A DNA stretch of 64,000 nt from an uncultured Rickettsiales bacterium (GTDB taxonomy: Bacteria; Pseudomonadota; Alphaproteobacteria; Rickettsiales; SXRF01), in the NCBI GenBank assembly GCA_964645205.1, contig CAZYBO010000006.1:892-64891 (forward strand), written 5' to 3'. Positions 32,537 to 42,577 of this stretch are shown piece by piece; within the stretch, counting starts at the first letter, position 1, and each line of letters begins with the position of its first letter. The notes below the pieces were generated by a model. That model searched no databases. It was not told where the DNA came from and worked only from the letters and a program-made list of their open reading frames with translations. The position numbers and the translations under genes are program-made.

Positions 32537-33808
32537 TTAGAAATTTTCCTTGAACCAGTTCACCACTTTTTCAAAGCCGGTGGTGAGCCCCCCGCGGTGG
32601 CGGTAATCGTCAAACATCTGTTCTTCCATGGGTTTCTTGACGATATATTCCAGCATCCCCAGCGCCGTGGAGAAGGCCGGGCCGCTGACGGACTCCGCCA
32701 GCCCCTGAAGCGGGCGCGGGCGGCCGATGCGCACCTGCTTGCCCAGGATATTCGACGCCATTTCGCGCACGCCGAGCAATTGGCTCGCGCCGCCGGTCAG
32801 CACCACACGCTTGCCCGCATAGGCGGATGCGCCGTTAATTTCGATTTTGCTGCGGATCATTTCAAAAATTTCCTCGATGCGCGGACGGATCACGCCGACC
32901 AGCATGGAGCGTGGCAAGGTATTGCTTTCGTCGGCATCCTCCTCTTCACCCAACGGCGGAACCTCGACCATCACCTGATCGTCACGCGCTGTGGCGATTG
33001 CACTACCATGCAGGGTTTTCAGGCGCTCGGCATGCGCAAGGCTGGTGGAAAGCCCGCGTGCGATGTCGTTGGTTACATGCGTGCCGCCGATAGGAATCGC
33101 GTCGGTGTACAGGTTGCGCCCGCCGCCGAAAATCGAGAAGCTCGTCACCCCGCCGCCCATATCGATCAGCGTGACGCCGAGTTGTTTTTCATCTTCTTCA
33201 AGGCAGCTTACGCCCGACGCATAGGGCGACGCGACATATTCTTCGACGTTCAGGTGGCAGCGGCCGACGCAATGCGACAGGTTGCGCGTCACGCTCGGCA
33301 GGCCGGTGATGATATGTAAATCGGCGCCGAGTTTCTTGCCGAACATTTTGCGCGGATCAACGATGCCGCGGGCGCCGTCGAGATAATACGACACGGGGAT
33401 ACAGTGGATGATGTCGCTTTCCTGATGCGTGATGGAAGCGCGTCCCTGCTCGATGATGTCCATAATGTCGCGGTCGGTGACTTCCTCGCCCAGCAGCGTC
33501 ATTTCCACGGTGACGTTACGCGATACCAGATTGCCCCCCGACAGGCTCACCATCACGTTTTCCACCGTTTCGCCCGCCATCTGTTCTGCGGCATGCACGG
33601 CAGCGACGATCGACGCTTCCGCCTCCGCGAAATCGGTGATGATGCCGGAGCGTATACCCTTGGAAAGCTGGTGGCCGATGCCCACGATTTTTATTTCGCC
33701 CGCCGAGTCGATATGCGCGATGAAGCAGGCGATCTTGGTCGTGCCCACGTCGAGTACGGCGATGCTCGGGGTGTTGTTTTTAGTAGGGGTCTTGGGGCGC
33801 TTGATCAT
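32537..33808 (-). CDS. ftsA: Cell division protein FtsA
   Basis: Actin-fold motifs VLDVGTTKIA, LIDMGGGVTSFSIF and VVLTGGASQL. C-terminal amphipathic tail KVVNWFKENF. Confidence 0.95.
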   Translation of the reverse strand: MIKRPKTPTKNNTPSIAVLDVGTTKIACFIAHIDSAGEIKIVGIGHQLSKGIRSGIITDFAEAEASIVAAVHAAEQMAGETVENVMVSLSGGNLVSRNVTVEMTLLGEEVTDRDIMDIIEQGRASITHQESDIIHCIPVSYYLDGARGIVDPRKMFGKKLGADLHIITGLPSVTRNLSHCVGRCHLNVEEYVASPYASGVSCLEEDEKQLGVTLIDMGGGVTSFSIFGGGRNLYTDAIPIGGTHVTNDIARGLSTSLAHAERLKTLHGSAIATARDDQVMVEVPPLGEEEDADESNTLPRSMLVGVIRPRIEEIFEMIRSKIEINGASAYAGKRVVLTGGASQLLGVREMASNILGKQVRIGRPRPLQGLAESVSGPAFSTALGMLEYIVKKPMEEQMFDDYRHRGGLTTGFEKVVNWFKENF

Positions 33809-33814
33809 GTAACG

Positions 33815-34684
33815 TTATGTGTCCCTGGCGTTGGCGGATTTGCCCGGCATGTCTTCCGGCTCTATCTTAATAAACAACCTGCCCTCTATACGCAAGTCAA
33901 TCACTTTCACGTCGCGGTCGAGCAGCTTTTCCTTCGCCTGCAGCCCGGCCAGCGAACGCCATGCCGCCAGCGGGTCGCGCTCGGGCAGTTTTACTTCCAC
34001 GCCGTCACTGAGGCGGATATTCCAACGGCGCTCGCCCACGCGCACGGCGGCGGCGAAATGCCCGGCCAACTCAGGCTCGGAAGCAAGTATGGTCATCAAC
34101 TCCGCCACATGCTTGGGCGCATCCTCGCCGACGATCAGCGGCAAATGGCGGTAGGCCTTGCTGTCGATGTCGCTCATCATCACGCCGTTATCGTCCACCA
34201 GCACCGTTTTGCCCTGATGCTGCCACAATGCCACCGGCTCACGCTCGACCACGCGCACATACAACGTATCCGGCAACGCGCGCTCCACGGCGGCCATGCG
34301 CACGCTCTCAATCTTCTCCAACCGCTGCCGCGCTTCATCGAGGCTGATACGCAGGATGGGGTCGCCTTTTTTGATGCCCAGCGCAGCGTCTATATCCTTC
34401 ATCGCGGTGCGGCTGCGCCCTTCGAGATAGAGCGTGCGCACGGTAAAGCCCGCCTTGGCCGTCGTCCCGTACACGCTGTCGGATATGGCCTGCGCGAAGC
34501 GGCTCGGCGCCTGCGTTTTCCACATCCAGAACCCTGCCCCCACGACCGTGAGCGCGCCCACAGCGATGCAGGCGAACTGCGCCTTTCGCCACATATCCTT
34601 GCGTTTCTTGCGCGCTGCCTTTTCGCGCATGATGCGTTGCGACTGGCGCTGGCGGGGCGTCATCGAGTCGCTTTTCTTACCCAT
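33815..34684 (-). CDS. ftsQ: Cell division protein FtsQ
   Basis: Basic N-terminus, single TM (FACIAVGALTVVGAGFWMW), and POTRA-like plus FtsQ domains. Start at MGKKSD overlaps the ddl stop by 8 nt. Confidence 0.8.
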   Translation of the reverse strand: MGKKSDSMTPRQRQSQRIMREKAARKKRKDMWRKAQFACIAVGALTVVGAGFWMWKTQAPSRFAQAISDSVYGTTAKAGFTVRTLYLEGRSRTAMKDIDAALGIKKGDPILRISLDEARQRLEKIESVRMAAVERALPDTLYVRVVEREPVALWQHQGKTVLVDDNGVMMSDIDSKAYRHLPLIVGEDAPKHVAELMTILASEPELAGHFAAAVRVGERRWNIRLSDGVEVKLPERDPLAAWRSLAGLQAKEKLLDRDVKVIDLRIEGRLFIKIEPEDMPGKSANARDT

Positions 34685-35588
34685 AGCCCGCCCCCTCGAC
34701 CAGTTGCCTGACCAGCTCGTTGAAACCAATCCCCGCATGCGCCGCGATTTCCGGCGACAGCGACAGCGCCGTCATCCCCGGCTGCGTGTTGATCTCCAGC
34801 AAGTAAAACGTTTCGATCCCGGAACGGTCGTCGTAGCGGAAGTCGGAGCGCGACAGGCCGCGGCAGCCAAGCGCACGGTGCGCAGCTAGCGCCATCGCCA
34901 TGACTTCGTCGTATTTGTTTCTGGGTAGCGGCGCGGGGCAAATATGTGTGCTGCCGCCGTCGGTATATTTGTTCGCGTAGTCGTAAAACCCGCTCTTGGG
35001 GCGGATTTCCGTGCAGCCGAGGGGCTTGTCGTTCAGCACCGCCACCGTGACTTCGCGGCCTTGTATGTATTCTTCCACAAGGTAGCGCGTGTCCTTGTCC
35101 GTATCGCTCATAATCAGCGAAAGCGGGCGGTTATCCTCGGCGGTGACGATATGCACGCCGACGCTGGAGCCTTCGCTCGCGGGCTTTACGACATAGGGGC
35201 GCTTCATCGGCTCGCCCTTCATCAACTCGTCACGGCTCATAGTAAGCCCCTTTGGGCAGCGAAGCCCTGCCTGCGCAAATACCTGCTTGGCCATCGGCTT
35301 ATCCATCGCGACCGCCGACGCCAGCACCCCGGAATGGGTGTAGGGAATCTTCATAAGCTCCAGCAGCCCCTGCACGCAGCCATCCTCGCCATACTGCCCG
35401 TGCAGCGCGTTGAACACCACATCGGGCTTTACGCGCGCCAGCACCTCGGCGATGTCGCGCTGCATGTCGATCTCCGTGACCTGATAGCCCAGCTCGCGCA
35501 ACGCCTTCGCGCACGCCGCGCCGCTATTGAGCGACACTTCCCGCTCTGCCGACTGGCCGCCTTTGAGAACCGCCACATGCTTCGTCAT
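34677..35588 (-). CDS. ddl: D-alanine--D-alanine ligase
   Basis: Motifs VLKGGQSAEREVSLNSG, ALHGQYGEDGCVQGLLE and an ATP-grasp C-terminus LLEINTQPGMT. ATGA overlap with murB. Confidence 0.9.
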   Translation of the reverse strand: MTKHVAVLKGGQSAEREVSLNSGAACAKALRELGYQVTEIDMQRDIAEVLARVKPDVVFNALHGQYGEDGCVQGLLELMKIPYTHSGVLASAVAMDKPMAKQVFAQAGLRCPKGLTMSRDELMKGEPMKRPYVVKPASEGSSVGVHIVTAEDNRPLSLIMSDTDKDTRYLVEEYIQGREVTVAVLNDKPLGCTEIRPKSGFYDYANKYTDGGSTHICPAPLPRNKYDEVMAMALAAHRALGCRGLSRSDFRYDDRSGIETFYLLEINTQPGMTALSLSPEIAAHAGIGFNELVRQLVEGAGYG

Positions 35589-36496
35589 GACGGCCTCCTT
35601 CCTATCCGCTTGATTTCCCACTCCAGCGTGATGCCGGTTTTTTCTTTTACGCGCCGGATGACTTCGTCGCCGAGATTTTCGATGTCTGAAGCCGTTGCGT
35701 TACCGGAATTGATGAGGAAATTACAGTGTTTTTCGGATACTATCGCGCCGCCTATCGACAACCCGCGGCAACCGGCCTGATCGATCAACTCCCATGCCTT
35801 GTGGCCTGCGGGATTCTTGAACGTGCTGCCGCCCGTGCGCGTGCGCACGGGTTGCGTATCCTCGCGCGCGGCCTGTATCTCGGCGATACGGCGGGCGATT
35901 TCCGCGCGGTCGCCCGGCTGGGCGCGAAACACTGCGCGCGTGACCACCGCGCCTTCAGGCACGCCGCTGTTGCGGTAAGTAAAGGCGAGCTCCTTGTTGC
36001 TGAGCGTGCGAATATTTCCGTTGCGCTCGACGATCTCCGCTTCCACCAGCACCTGCGACACGTCGCTGCCATATGCGCCTGCGTTCATGCGCACCGCGCC
36101 GCCGATAGTACCGGGAATACCGCTTAAAAATTCCAGCCCGGCAATGCCGCGGTCGCAGGCGAATTGTGCGACATTGAGGTCGAGACAGGCAGCGCCCGCC
36201 GCCAACTTTCCACCAGAACTGGCCATATCCACAAACCCACGTCCGAGTTTGATCACCACGCCTTCGATACCGCCGTCGCGCACGATGATGTTAGAGCCGA
36301 CACCCAGCACCGTCACCGGCGAGGAAAGCGGCCACTGCGCGAGAAAATCCGATAAATCCTGCGTATTTTCCGGCTTAAACAGATATTCCGCACAGCCGCC
36401 GACGCGGAACCAGTTGGTTTTGGAAAGATCAACATCGCGGCGCAGGCGACTGCTGTAATCCGTATCGGGTGCGGCTATACGGGCGGCAGCCATCAT
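35585..36496 (-). CDS. murB: UDP-N-acetylenolpyruvoylglucosamine reductase
   Basis: FAD-binding domain ([23 protein letters not shown]) and C-terminal GGSTFKNP motif. Confidence 0.9.
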   Translation of the reverse strand: MMAAARIAAPDTDYSSRLRRDVDLSKTNWFRVGGCAEYLFKPENTQDLSDFLAQWPLSSPVTVLGVGSNIIVRDGGIEGVVIKLGRGFVDMASSGGKLAAGAACLDLNVAQFACDRGIAGLEFLSGIPGTIGGAVRMNAGAYGSDVSQVLVEAEIVERNGNIRTLSNKELAFTYRNSGVPEGAVVTRAVFRAQPGDRAEIARRIAEIQAAREDTQPVRTRTGGSTFKNPAGHKAWELIDQAGCRGLSIGGAIVSEKHCNFLINSGNATASDIENLGDEVIRRVKEKTGITLEWEIKRIGRRPS

Positions 36497-37956
36497 GAAG
36501 ATGCTTTCTTCTTGCCGAGTTTCTGCAACTCACCGGGGAGCGCATACGCCCATTTGCTGATCGAGCCGGCGCCGAGGCAAACGATCATGTCGCCTTCCTG
36601 CCCGACGCCCGCGACGGTTTCCGCCAGCGCTTCGGAAGATTCCAGACGCACGACATGGCGGTGGCCTGCGCTGCGCAAGCCGTCGGCCAGCGCGTCGGCG
36701 GTGATGCCGTCGATGGGCTCTTCGCCCGCGTTGTAGATGTCGGCGACGATGACCGTGTCGGCGTCGTTGAAACAGGTGCAGAAATCGCTGAACAGGTCGC
36801 GCACGCGCGTGTAGCGATGCGGCTGCACCACGGCGACGACACGCCCGCCGGATTCCTGCTGCGCGGCGCGCGCGGCTTTCAGCGTGGCGGCGATCTCCAC
36901 GGGATGGTGGCCGTAATCGTCGATGATCGTCATGCCGAGCGCGCTGCCGGTTTTAGTGAAGCGGCGTTTCACGCCTTCAAACCCGCGCAATCCTTCGATG
37001 ATGGTCTGGTCGGAGAGTTTCAACTCCTGCGCGACGGCGATCGCGGCCAGCGCGTTGCGCACGTTGTGCTCGCCATGCATAGGCAGCATCACGCCCGCTA
37101 CCGTGCGCGCATCGCCTGCGAAACGGCCGGAGATTTCGAGGTCAAAACGCTGGCCGTCGGCGGACGCGCGGATGTTCGTGGCGCGCACGTCGGCTTGCGG
37201 GTTCGTGCCGTAGGTGATGATACGACGGTCGGAAATGCGCGCCGCCAGCGCCTGCACTTCCGGATGGTCGATGCACAGCACCGCGAAGCCGTAAAACGGC
37301 AGGTTGGTGAGGAAGGTATGATACGCGCTTTTCGCCTGCTCGAACGTGCCGTAATGGTCGAGATGTTCAGGGTCGATATTGGTGACCACCGCGATGGTGG
37401 CGGGCAGTTTCGTAAAGCTACCGTCGGATTCGTCGGCCTCCACCACCATCCACTCGCCCGCGCCGAGATAGGCGTTGGTGCCGCGCGCGTTGATGATACC
37501 GCCGTTGATGACGGTAGGCTGGAGCCGCGCCGCTTCGAGCATGGCGGCGGTGAGCGCCGTCGTCGTGGTTTTTCCGTGCGTACCGGCAACCGCGATGGCG
37601 ATTTTAAGCCGCATGAGTTCAGCAAGCATTTCCGCGCGCTTGACCACGGGAAGGCGAGCCGCGCGCGCGGCCAGCAATTCGGGATTGTCGGCACGGATGG
37701 CCGACGACACCACGACGACCGACGCATTTTCAACATGCGCCGCTTCGTGGCCGATAAAAATGCCGATGCCGCACTCACGCAGACGCTGCGTGTTGTAGCT
37801 GTCCGATGCATCGGAACCTTGCACCTTGTAGCCGAGATTATGCAGCACTTCCGCGATGCCGCTCATGCCGATGCCGCCGATGCCGATAAAATGCAACGTG
37901 CCGACATCCAGCGACATGCGGTGCGAGAGCGGGAGGATTTTGTTGGATGCGGTCAT
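36493..37956 (-). CDS. murC: UDP-N-acetylmuramate--L-alanine ligase
   Basis: Motifs [17 protein letters not shown] and GTHGKTTTT. True start MTASNKIL at 37954-37956 (ATGA overlap with the murG stop). The 167-codon upstream extension in the track overlaps murG and is rejected. Confidence 0.9.
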   Translation of the reverse strand: MTASNKILPLSHRMSLDVGTLHFIGIGGIGMSGIAEVLHNLGYKVQGSDASDSYNTQRLRECGIGIFIGHEAAHVENASVVVVSSAIRADNPELLAARAARLPVVKRAEMLAELMRLKIAIAVAGTHGKTTTTALTAAMLEAARLQPTVINGGIINARGTNAYLGAGEWMVVEADESDGSFTKLPATIAVVTNIDPEHLDHYGTFEQAKSAYHTFLTNLPFYGFAVLCIDHPEVQALAARISDRRIITYGTNPQADVRATNIRASADGQRFDLEISGRFAGDARTVAGVMLPMHGEHNVRNALAAIAVAQELKLSDQTIIEGLRGFEGVKRRFTKTGSALGMTIIDDYGHHPVEIAATLKAARAAQQESGGRVVAVVQPHRYTRVRDLFSDFCTCFNDADTVIVADIYNAGEEPIDGITADALADGLRSAGHRHVVRLESSEALAETVAGVGQEGDMIVCLGAGSISKWAYALPGELQKLGKKKASS

Positions 37957-39146
37957 GCGGCGACTTCCTTGATAGCGGTGGGCTGTGGACGGTGGACAGT
38001 GGGCAAGGGTTGCTGCGTGTCCACTGTCCACCGTCCACCGTCCACACTTTTTAAAACCAGCGCCGCCAATTTTTCCGCGGCATCGGCAACACCGAGCTTC
38101 CTCGCGTTCTGCGCGGCTTTCGAGAGAACGTCCGGTGCGGTGAGAAACGCTTCGAGGCGCGCCGACAGCGAGGCGGATGTGAACCCGTCCTGCGCCATCA
38201 CCCAGCCGCCGCCGACTTCTTCGAGCGCGTTGGCATTGTGGTATTGATGATTGTCCATCGCATGCGGCAGCGGCACCAAAATCGCAGGGCGCCCCGCCAC
38301 GGCAAGCTCCGAAACGGTGGACGCGCCCGACCGTCCGATCACCAGATGGCATGACGCGAGCCGCGCAGGTAAATCGGCGAAGAAACTCGACAAATCGGCA
38401 TTGATGCCCATGCGCTCGTACATCGCGCGCGCGGCGGGCAAATCCGCCTCGCGGCACTGCTGGTCGAGCCGCACGCGCGAGCGCAGGCTCATCGGCAGCG
38501 CGGCGATCGCCTCGGGCACGACATGGCTGAATACCGATGCGCCCTGACTGCCGCCGGTGACTAAAATGCGCATTTTCGCGTCCGACGTCATGGACGAATA
38601 GGGCACATCGCGCAGCGCGCGCACGCTGGCGCGCACGGGGTTGCCGGTCATCGTCACTTTCGCCGCGTCGCGTTCGGACAGCATCAGCGTGACGGGAAAC
38701 GAGGTGGCGATTTTATCGACGCGCCCGGCTAGCAGACGGTTCGCACGTCCCAGCACGGAATTCTGCTCGTGAATGACGGTAGGAATGCCCATCCCCGCCG
38801 CCGCGAATACGGTCGGGAACGAAGGGTAGCCGCCGAAGCCGACCACCGCCTTGGGCGAAAGCTCGCCAAGCACGCCGCGTGCCTGCACAATGCCCAGCAG
38901 CAACCCGGCCGCACCAATGATTTTCTTATGCAGCGCGCCCGCCACCGTTCCGGCGCGGATAGTGCGTTTTTCCACCTGTGACAGCACACCGCTCTGGTAA
39001 TGAGCGAAGCGCGGATCGGTGACCAGCACCACGCGCTCGCCAAGAGCGATCAGCGCTTCAGCCAGCGCTTCGGCGGGGAAAATATGCCCGCCCGTGCCGC
39101 CTGCGGCGAGCACGATGGGAGCGCGCGTATCTTGCTTTTCGTTCAT
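37953..39146 (-). CDS. murG: Undecaprenyldiphospho-muramoylpentapeptide beta-N-acetylglucosaminyltransferase, with a ~30-aa C-terminal extension encoded by a repeat element
   Basis: Motifs [12 protein letters not shown] and [22 protein letters not shown]. The tail [31 protein letters not shown] is encoded by the heptamer palindrome. Confidence 0.9.
   Translation of the reverse strand: MNEKQDTRAPIVLAAGGTGGHIFPAEALAEALIALGERVVLVTDPRFAHYQSGVLSQVEKRTIRAGTVAGALHKKIIGAAGLLLGIVQARGVLGELSPKAVVGFGGYPSFPTVFAAAGMGIPTVIHEQNSVLGRANRLLAGRVDKIATSFPVTLMLSERDAAKVTMTGNPVRASVRALRDVPYSSMTSDAKMRILVTGGSQGASVFSHVVPEAIAALPMSLRSRVRLDQQCREADLPAARAMYERMGINADLSSFFADLPARLASCHLVIGRSGASTVSELAVAGRPAILVPLPHAMDNHQYHNANALEEVGGGWVMAQDGFTSASLSARLEAFLTAPDVLSKAAQNARKLGVADAAEKLAALVLKSVDGGRWTVDTQQPLPTVHRPQPTAIKEVAA
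37978..38045. repeat. Inverted tandem-heptamer hairpin element inside the murG 3' end
   Basis: Four copies of GTGGRCN (GTGGGCT GTGGACG GTGGACA GTGGGCA, 37978-38005), a 12-nt spacer, then four copies of YGTCCAC (38018-38045). Arms are 25/28 complementary, with a perfect 18-bp core at 37985-38002 / 38021-38038. Confidence 0.8.
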
Positions 39147-39412
39147 GGCTGTGCGTCACCCCGGCGCGTTTTCAGGTACTTCCATATGCCGTATATACTA
39201 ATCAATGCCCACGCTGCTTCAAGCATAAAAGCGGCAAAATTCCAATGCCAGAGCAATGAGATGCCGATCAATATCGCGCCGATCAGGTTCGTCAGCGGGT
39301 AGGCGAGTTGCTCTACGCGCAAGCGCCCGGTCTGCAACAGGAAATAGGCGGCGAGGAAACAGATCGCGCCAAACGTGCCGATAATATCGAAAAAAAGCCC
39401 GGCGGTTATCAT
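39143..39412 (-). CDS. Small (89 aa) three-helix membrane protein between ftsW and murG
   Basis: Product MITAGLFFDIIGTFGAICFLAAYFLLQ...LIGAILIGISLLWHWNFAAFMLEAAWALISIYGIWKYLK. ATGA overlap with the ftsW stop at 39409-39412 and ATGA overlap with the murG start at 39143-39146. Confidence 0.6.
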   Translation of the reverse strand: MITAGLFFDIIGTFGAICFLAAYFLLQTGRLRVEQLAYPLTNLIGAILIGISLLWHWNFAAFMLEAAWALISIYGIWKYLKTRRGDAQP

Positions 39413-40533
39413 CGCCGTGAGTCCGCCTTGCCGAAGCGCCTGCGTGTGAGCGCCAGCATCATGCCCATAGCGACTGCCATCGCCACCACCGACGAGCCGC
39501 CGTAACTGAGGAATGGCAGCGTCATGCCCTTGGCGGGCAGCAGGTTCACGGCCACGCCCATGTTGATGATCGACTGCACGCCGAATTCCGTGAGAAGCCC
39601 GGCCACCGCCAGCACCATGAACAAGTCGGTTTCCTTCCACACGCGTGACAGGCCGCGCAACACAATGAACGCGAATAGCCCGATAATCATCGTGCACACG
39701 ATGATCCCGAACTCCTCGCCCGCGACGGAAAAAATAAAATCGGTATGCGAATCCGGCAGCGACTGCTTCACCTCGCCCTCACCCGGCCCACGCCCTAGAA
39801 GCCCGCCGTTGCGGAAGGCTTCCAGCGAGCGCGCCACCTGATAATTATCGCCCGCCGCCGGATCGAGGAATCCGTCGATGCGCGCCGCCACGTGCGGGAA
39901 AAAATGGTACGCGCCGAAAAGCCCGGCCACTACGAGCGCACCGATAACCATCACCAGCACCATCGGCAACCCGGCAAGGAAAAGTTGGATGCCCCACATG
40001 GCGGTCACCGTCAGCGTCATGCCGATGTCGGGCTGAATCGCCAGCAGAAACGCCACTAGCAGATACAGGCCGATCGCCAGCCGGTACCCGGGAAATCCCA
40101 CACGGCGCTGGCTTTCCGCGCATATCCACGCGATCACCACCGCGAAGCACGGCTTCATGAATTCCGACGGCTGGATGGAAATACCCATCAAATCGATCCA
40201 GCGATGCGCGCCCTTAGTTTGCGCGCCGATGAATGGCACCAGCATCAGCAGCACGATACTCGCACAAAACCCGATCACCGCGAGGCGGCGTATCGCCACC
40301 GGCGGCAACATCGACACGAAGAGCATCGCCGCGATGCCGATGATCAGGAAAACCTGGTGGCGGTGCACAAAGTAAAACGCAGGCAAATCGAGCCGCTTAG
40401 CAACCGGCGGGCTGCCCGCCGTCACAAGGATCGAGCCGATGGCGATCAGCAGCAGCAGCGCACCGAGATTCAGCCGATCCACCGTCCACCACCAGCGCCC
40501 GAAAACGGTTTTATTCGTACGGTCAAGACGCAT
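39409..40533 (-). CDS. ftsW: SEDS peptidoglycan polymerase / cell division protein FtsW
   Basis: About 10 TM. Motifs DFIFSVAGEEFG, NLLPAKGMTLPFLSYGGSS. Confidence 0.9.
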   Translation of the reverse strand: MRLDRTNKTVFGRWWWTVDRLNLGALLLLIAIGSILVTAGSPPVAKRLDLPAFYFVHRHQVFLIIGIAAMLFVSMLPPVAIRRLAVIGFCASIVLLMLVPFIGAQTKGAHRWIDLMGISIQPSEFMKPCFAVVIAWICAESQRRVGFPGYRLAIGLYLLVAFLLAIQPDIGMTLTVTAMWGIQLFLAGLPMVLVMVIGALVVAGLFGAYHFFPHVAARIDGFLDPAAGDNYQVARSLEAFRNGGLLGRGPGEGEVKQSLPDSHTDFIFSVAGEEFGIIVCTMIIGLFAFIVLRGLSRVWKETDLFMVLAVAGLLTEFGVQSIINMGVAVNLLPAKGMTLPFLSYGGSSVVAMAVAMGMMLALTRRRFGKADSRR

Positions 40534-41222
40534 TATTGCACCAATCCTTCCCTAGCCGACAACGCATATGATTTCAGTTCCACCGGAATGGATGGGTTCC
40601 GCCGCAGGAAGACATCGATAATGGAGCATACACGTTCAGGATGGTAGGCATGCCAATGCCCAAGCCCATGCAACGCCGATTCGCGGCATGCAAGCGAATC
40701 GAGCTGTAACGTTTTATCCATCACATCAAGGCACAGCGCATCCGCTTTCGCATTATCCGGCATACCGGAAACACCACCCAGCGGCGCGGCATCCCACCAC
40801 ATGTAACAGACGCCGTTCAGCGGATTTTCATGTGCGTCCTTCGTCGCTGCCGATCTGTATTCCGCGCAGCGCTTTGCAAAACAATGCTCGAACAAAGGAA
40901 CCATGGACAAGATCAGGCGCTCTTTTTCAGGCCACTCAACCGATATTTTCTTCCACGGCGTATCCCATAAAAAAAGATACCCTGAAGCAGTTCCCGAAAT
41001 ATAGCTCAGCCCTTCCGCTGCCTGCGCATCGGAAAAACGGCCAAGAAGCGTACCGGCATTTTCAAAGAGCCGCGCGACATATTCAAATTTTACGGGCGCC
41101 TGCAATTGCGCCTCTATTTCCTCCACGCGCGCGGTCTGTTCATCATCCCAGTAAGGCGCATTCCCTACCGCCTGATGCTCGAAAATCGCAGATACCCATG
41201 CGTCGAACGAAGAGCCGGTCAT
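40533..41222 (-). CDS. Hypothetical 229-aa soluble protein between murD and ftsW
   Basis: Start MTGSSFDAW at 41220-41222 forms an ATGA overlap with the murD stop. Its TAA shares one nucleotide with the ftsW ATG (TAATG at 40531-40535). Trp/His/Cys-containing globular sequence (CYMWWDAAPLGG, HGLGHWHAYHPERV). No family recognised. Confidence 0.6.
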   Translation of the reverse strand: MTGSSFDAWVSAIFEHQAVGNAPYWDDEQTARVEEIEAQLQAPVKFEYVARLFENAGTLLGRFSDAQAAEGLSYISGTASGYLFLWDTPWKKISVEWPEKERLILSMVPLFEHCFAKRCAEYRSAATKDAHENPLNGVCYMWWDAAPLGGVSGMPDNAKADALCLDVMDKTLQLDSLACRESALHGLGHWHAYHPERVCSIIDVFLRRNPSIPVELKSYALSAREGLVQ

Positions 41223-42577
41223 GCCGCTTTTTCCTTCGCCAGTATTTCCACCTGCGCACAGAACGCGTCGCCGCGCTCTTCGAAATTTTTCCACTGGTCG
41301 AACGACGCGCAGGCCGGCGACAGCAGCACGACTGCATCCTTTTTACCTTGCGCGAACGCCATCTGCGCGGCTTTTTCCACGGCGGTTTTCAGCGTGCCGC
41401 AGCGTGTATAGGGAACCTTGCCTTCGAGCGTGCGCGCAAATTCCTCTTCCGCCGCGCCGATTAAAAACGCATGCGCGATTTTCGGGAAATATTCCGCAAG
41501 CGGAACGATTCCGCCTTCTTTTTGTTTTCCGCCTGCGATCCAGTAAATGTTTTCATACGGCGTCAGCGCGTTGGCGGTAGCGTCGGCGTTGGTGGCCTTG
41601 CTGTCGTTGATGAAACGCACGCCATTGACGGTGGCGACCAGTTGCAGGCGGTGGCGCAGGCCTGCAAAACTTTGCATCGCCTTATAAATCGCTTCCGGCG
41701 CAAGCCCGATGGCGCGCGCGCAGCCATAGGCGATCGCGGCATTCTGCCAGTTATGACGACCGGGCAAGGTGGCGATGGTATTGAGGTCGAAACGCTTCCC
41801 GCCATCATGCAGCACGCCGTCTTTCACGAACACATCCGCCTGCGATTGCGCGGAGATTGTCACCGCATTACCAAGCCCTGACGCAACTTTGTACGAATAC
41901 GTATCGTCAATCGCAACCACCGCGACATCGCCATCCTGCTGCCGCTCGAAAATATGTTTTTTCGCGGCGATATAACCTTCTATGTCGCCGTGACGATCAA
42001 TATGATCGGGCGTGATATTGAGCCAAGCCGCAACATTGAAGCGCGTGGTTTTCACCAGATCGAGCTGGTACGATGAAAGCTCCAGCACATACACACCGCC
42101 CTTCCCCAGCGGCGCGAGCGACAATGCGGGCGTACCGAGATTACCGCCAATTTCGCAAGTAACGCCGCAGTTTTTCAGTATGTGTCCAATGAGCGTCGTC
42201 GTGGTCGATTTGCCGTTGGTACCGGTGATGGCGATGTATTTCGCCTCCGGGCAGGCGCGGTATAATAATTCAATATCGCCGATTACGGGGCAATTGTTTT
42301 GGTGCACGAGTGCGACAACCGGGTGCGGCACGGGATGCGTAAGCGGCACGCCTGGGCTGAGGATAAGCGCTTTCAGCGTAGACCACGGCCAATCCGCAAA
42401 CGGCGCGAGTTTCACGGCGGGATATTTTGCGGCGACCGACGCACGCCCCGATTCGCCGTCATCCCACGCATACACTTCCGCACCACCTGCGAGTAGTGCA
42501 GCGATCGTAGATTCCCCGGCTTTGCCGAGACCGAACACGCCGACGCGCTGGCCTTTATATTCCGTAACGCTAATCAT
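41219..42577 (-). CDS. murD: UDP-N-acetylmuramoylalanine--D-glutamate ligase
   Basis: Motifs [10 protein letters not shown] and [11 protein letters not shown]. Start trimmed to MISVTEY, ATGA overlap with mraY. Confidence 0.9.
   Translation of the reverse strand: MISVTEYKGQRVGVFGLGKAGESTIAALLAGGAEVYAWDDGESGRASVAAKYPAVKLAPFADWPWSTLKALILSPGVPLTHPVPHPVVALVHQNNCPVIGDIELLYRACPEAKYIAITGTNGKSTTTTLIGHILKNCGVTCEIGGNLGTPALSLAPLGKGGVYVLELSSYQLDLVKTTRFNVAAWLNITPDHIDRHGDIEGYIAAKKHIFERQQDGDVAVVAIDDTYSYKVASGLGNAVTISAQSQADVFVKDGVLHDGGKRFDLNTIATLPGRHNWQNAAIAYGCARAIGLAPEAIYKAMQSFAGLRHRLQLVATVNGVRFINDSKATNADATANALTPYENIYWIAGGKQKEGGIVPLAEYFPKIAHAFLIGAAEEEFARTLEGKVPYTRCGTLKTAVEKAAQMAFAQGKKDAVVLLSPACASFDQWKNFEERGDAFCAQVEILAKEKAA

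Noticed and set aside
37978-38045. Considered whether the heptamer arrays (here and at 61704-61783) are CRISPR arrays or a simple microsatellite
   Set aside because: The units are 7 nt with no spacers, there are only 3-4 copies, and they are arranged as inverted arms inside coding sequence. No cas genes are present. They are kept as hairpin elements, not CRISPR.
36493-38457. 654-aa ORF suggesting a very long MurC with an N-terminal extension
   Set aside because: The first 167 codons overlap the murG coding region in another frame and are Arg/Gly/Cys-rich with no MurC similarity. The conserved MurC N-terminus begins at MTASNKIL (37956), which forms an ATGA junction with the murG stop.
39413-39697. 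95-codon N-terminal extension of the small membrane protein ORF (track ORF 39143-39697)
   Set aside because: The extension lies entirely inside ftsW in another frame and is Arg/Gly/His-rich shadow sequence. The hydrophobic protein starts at the ATG overlapping the ftsW stop.
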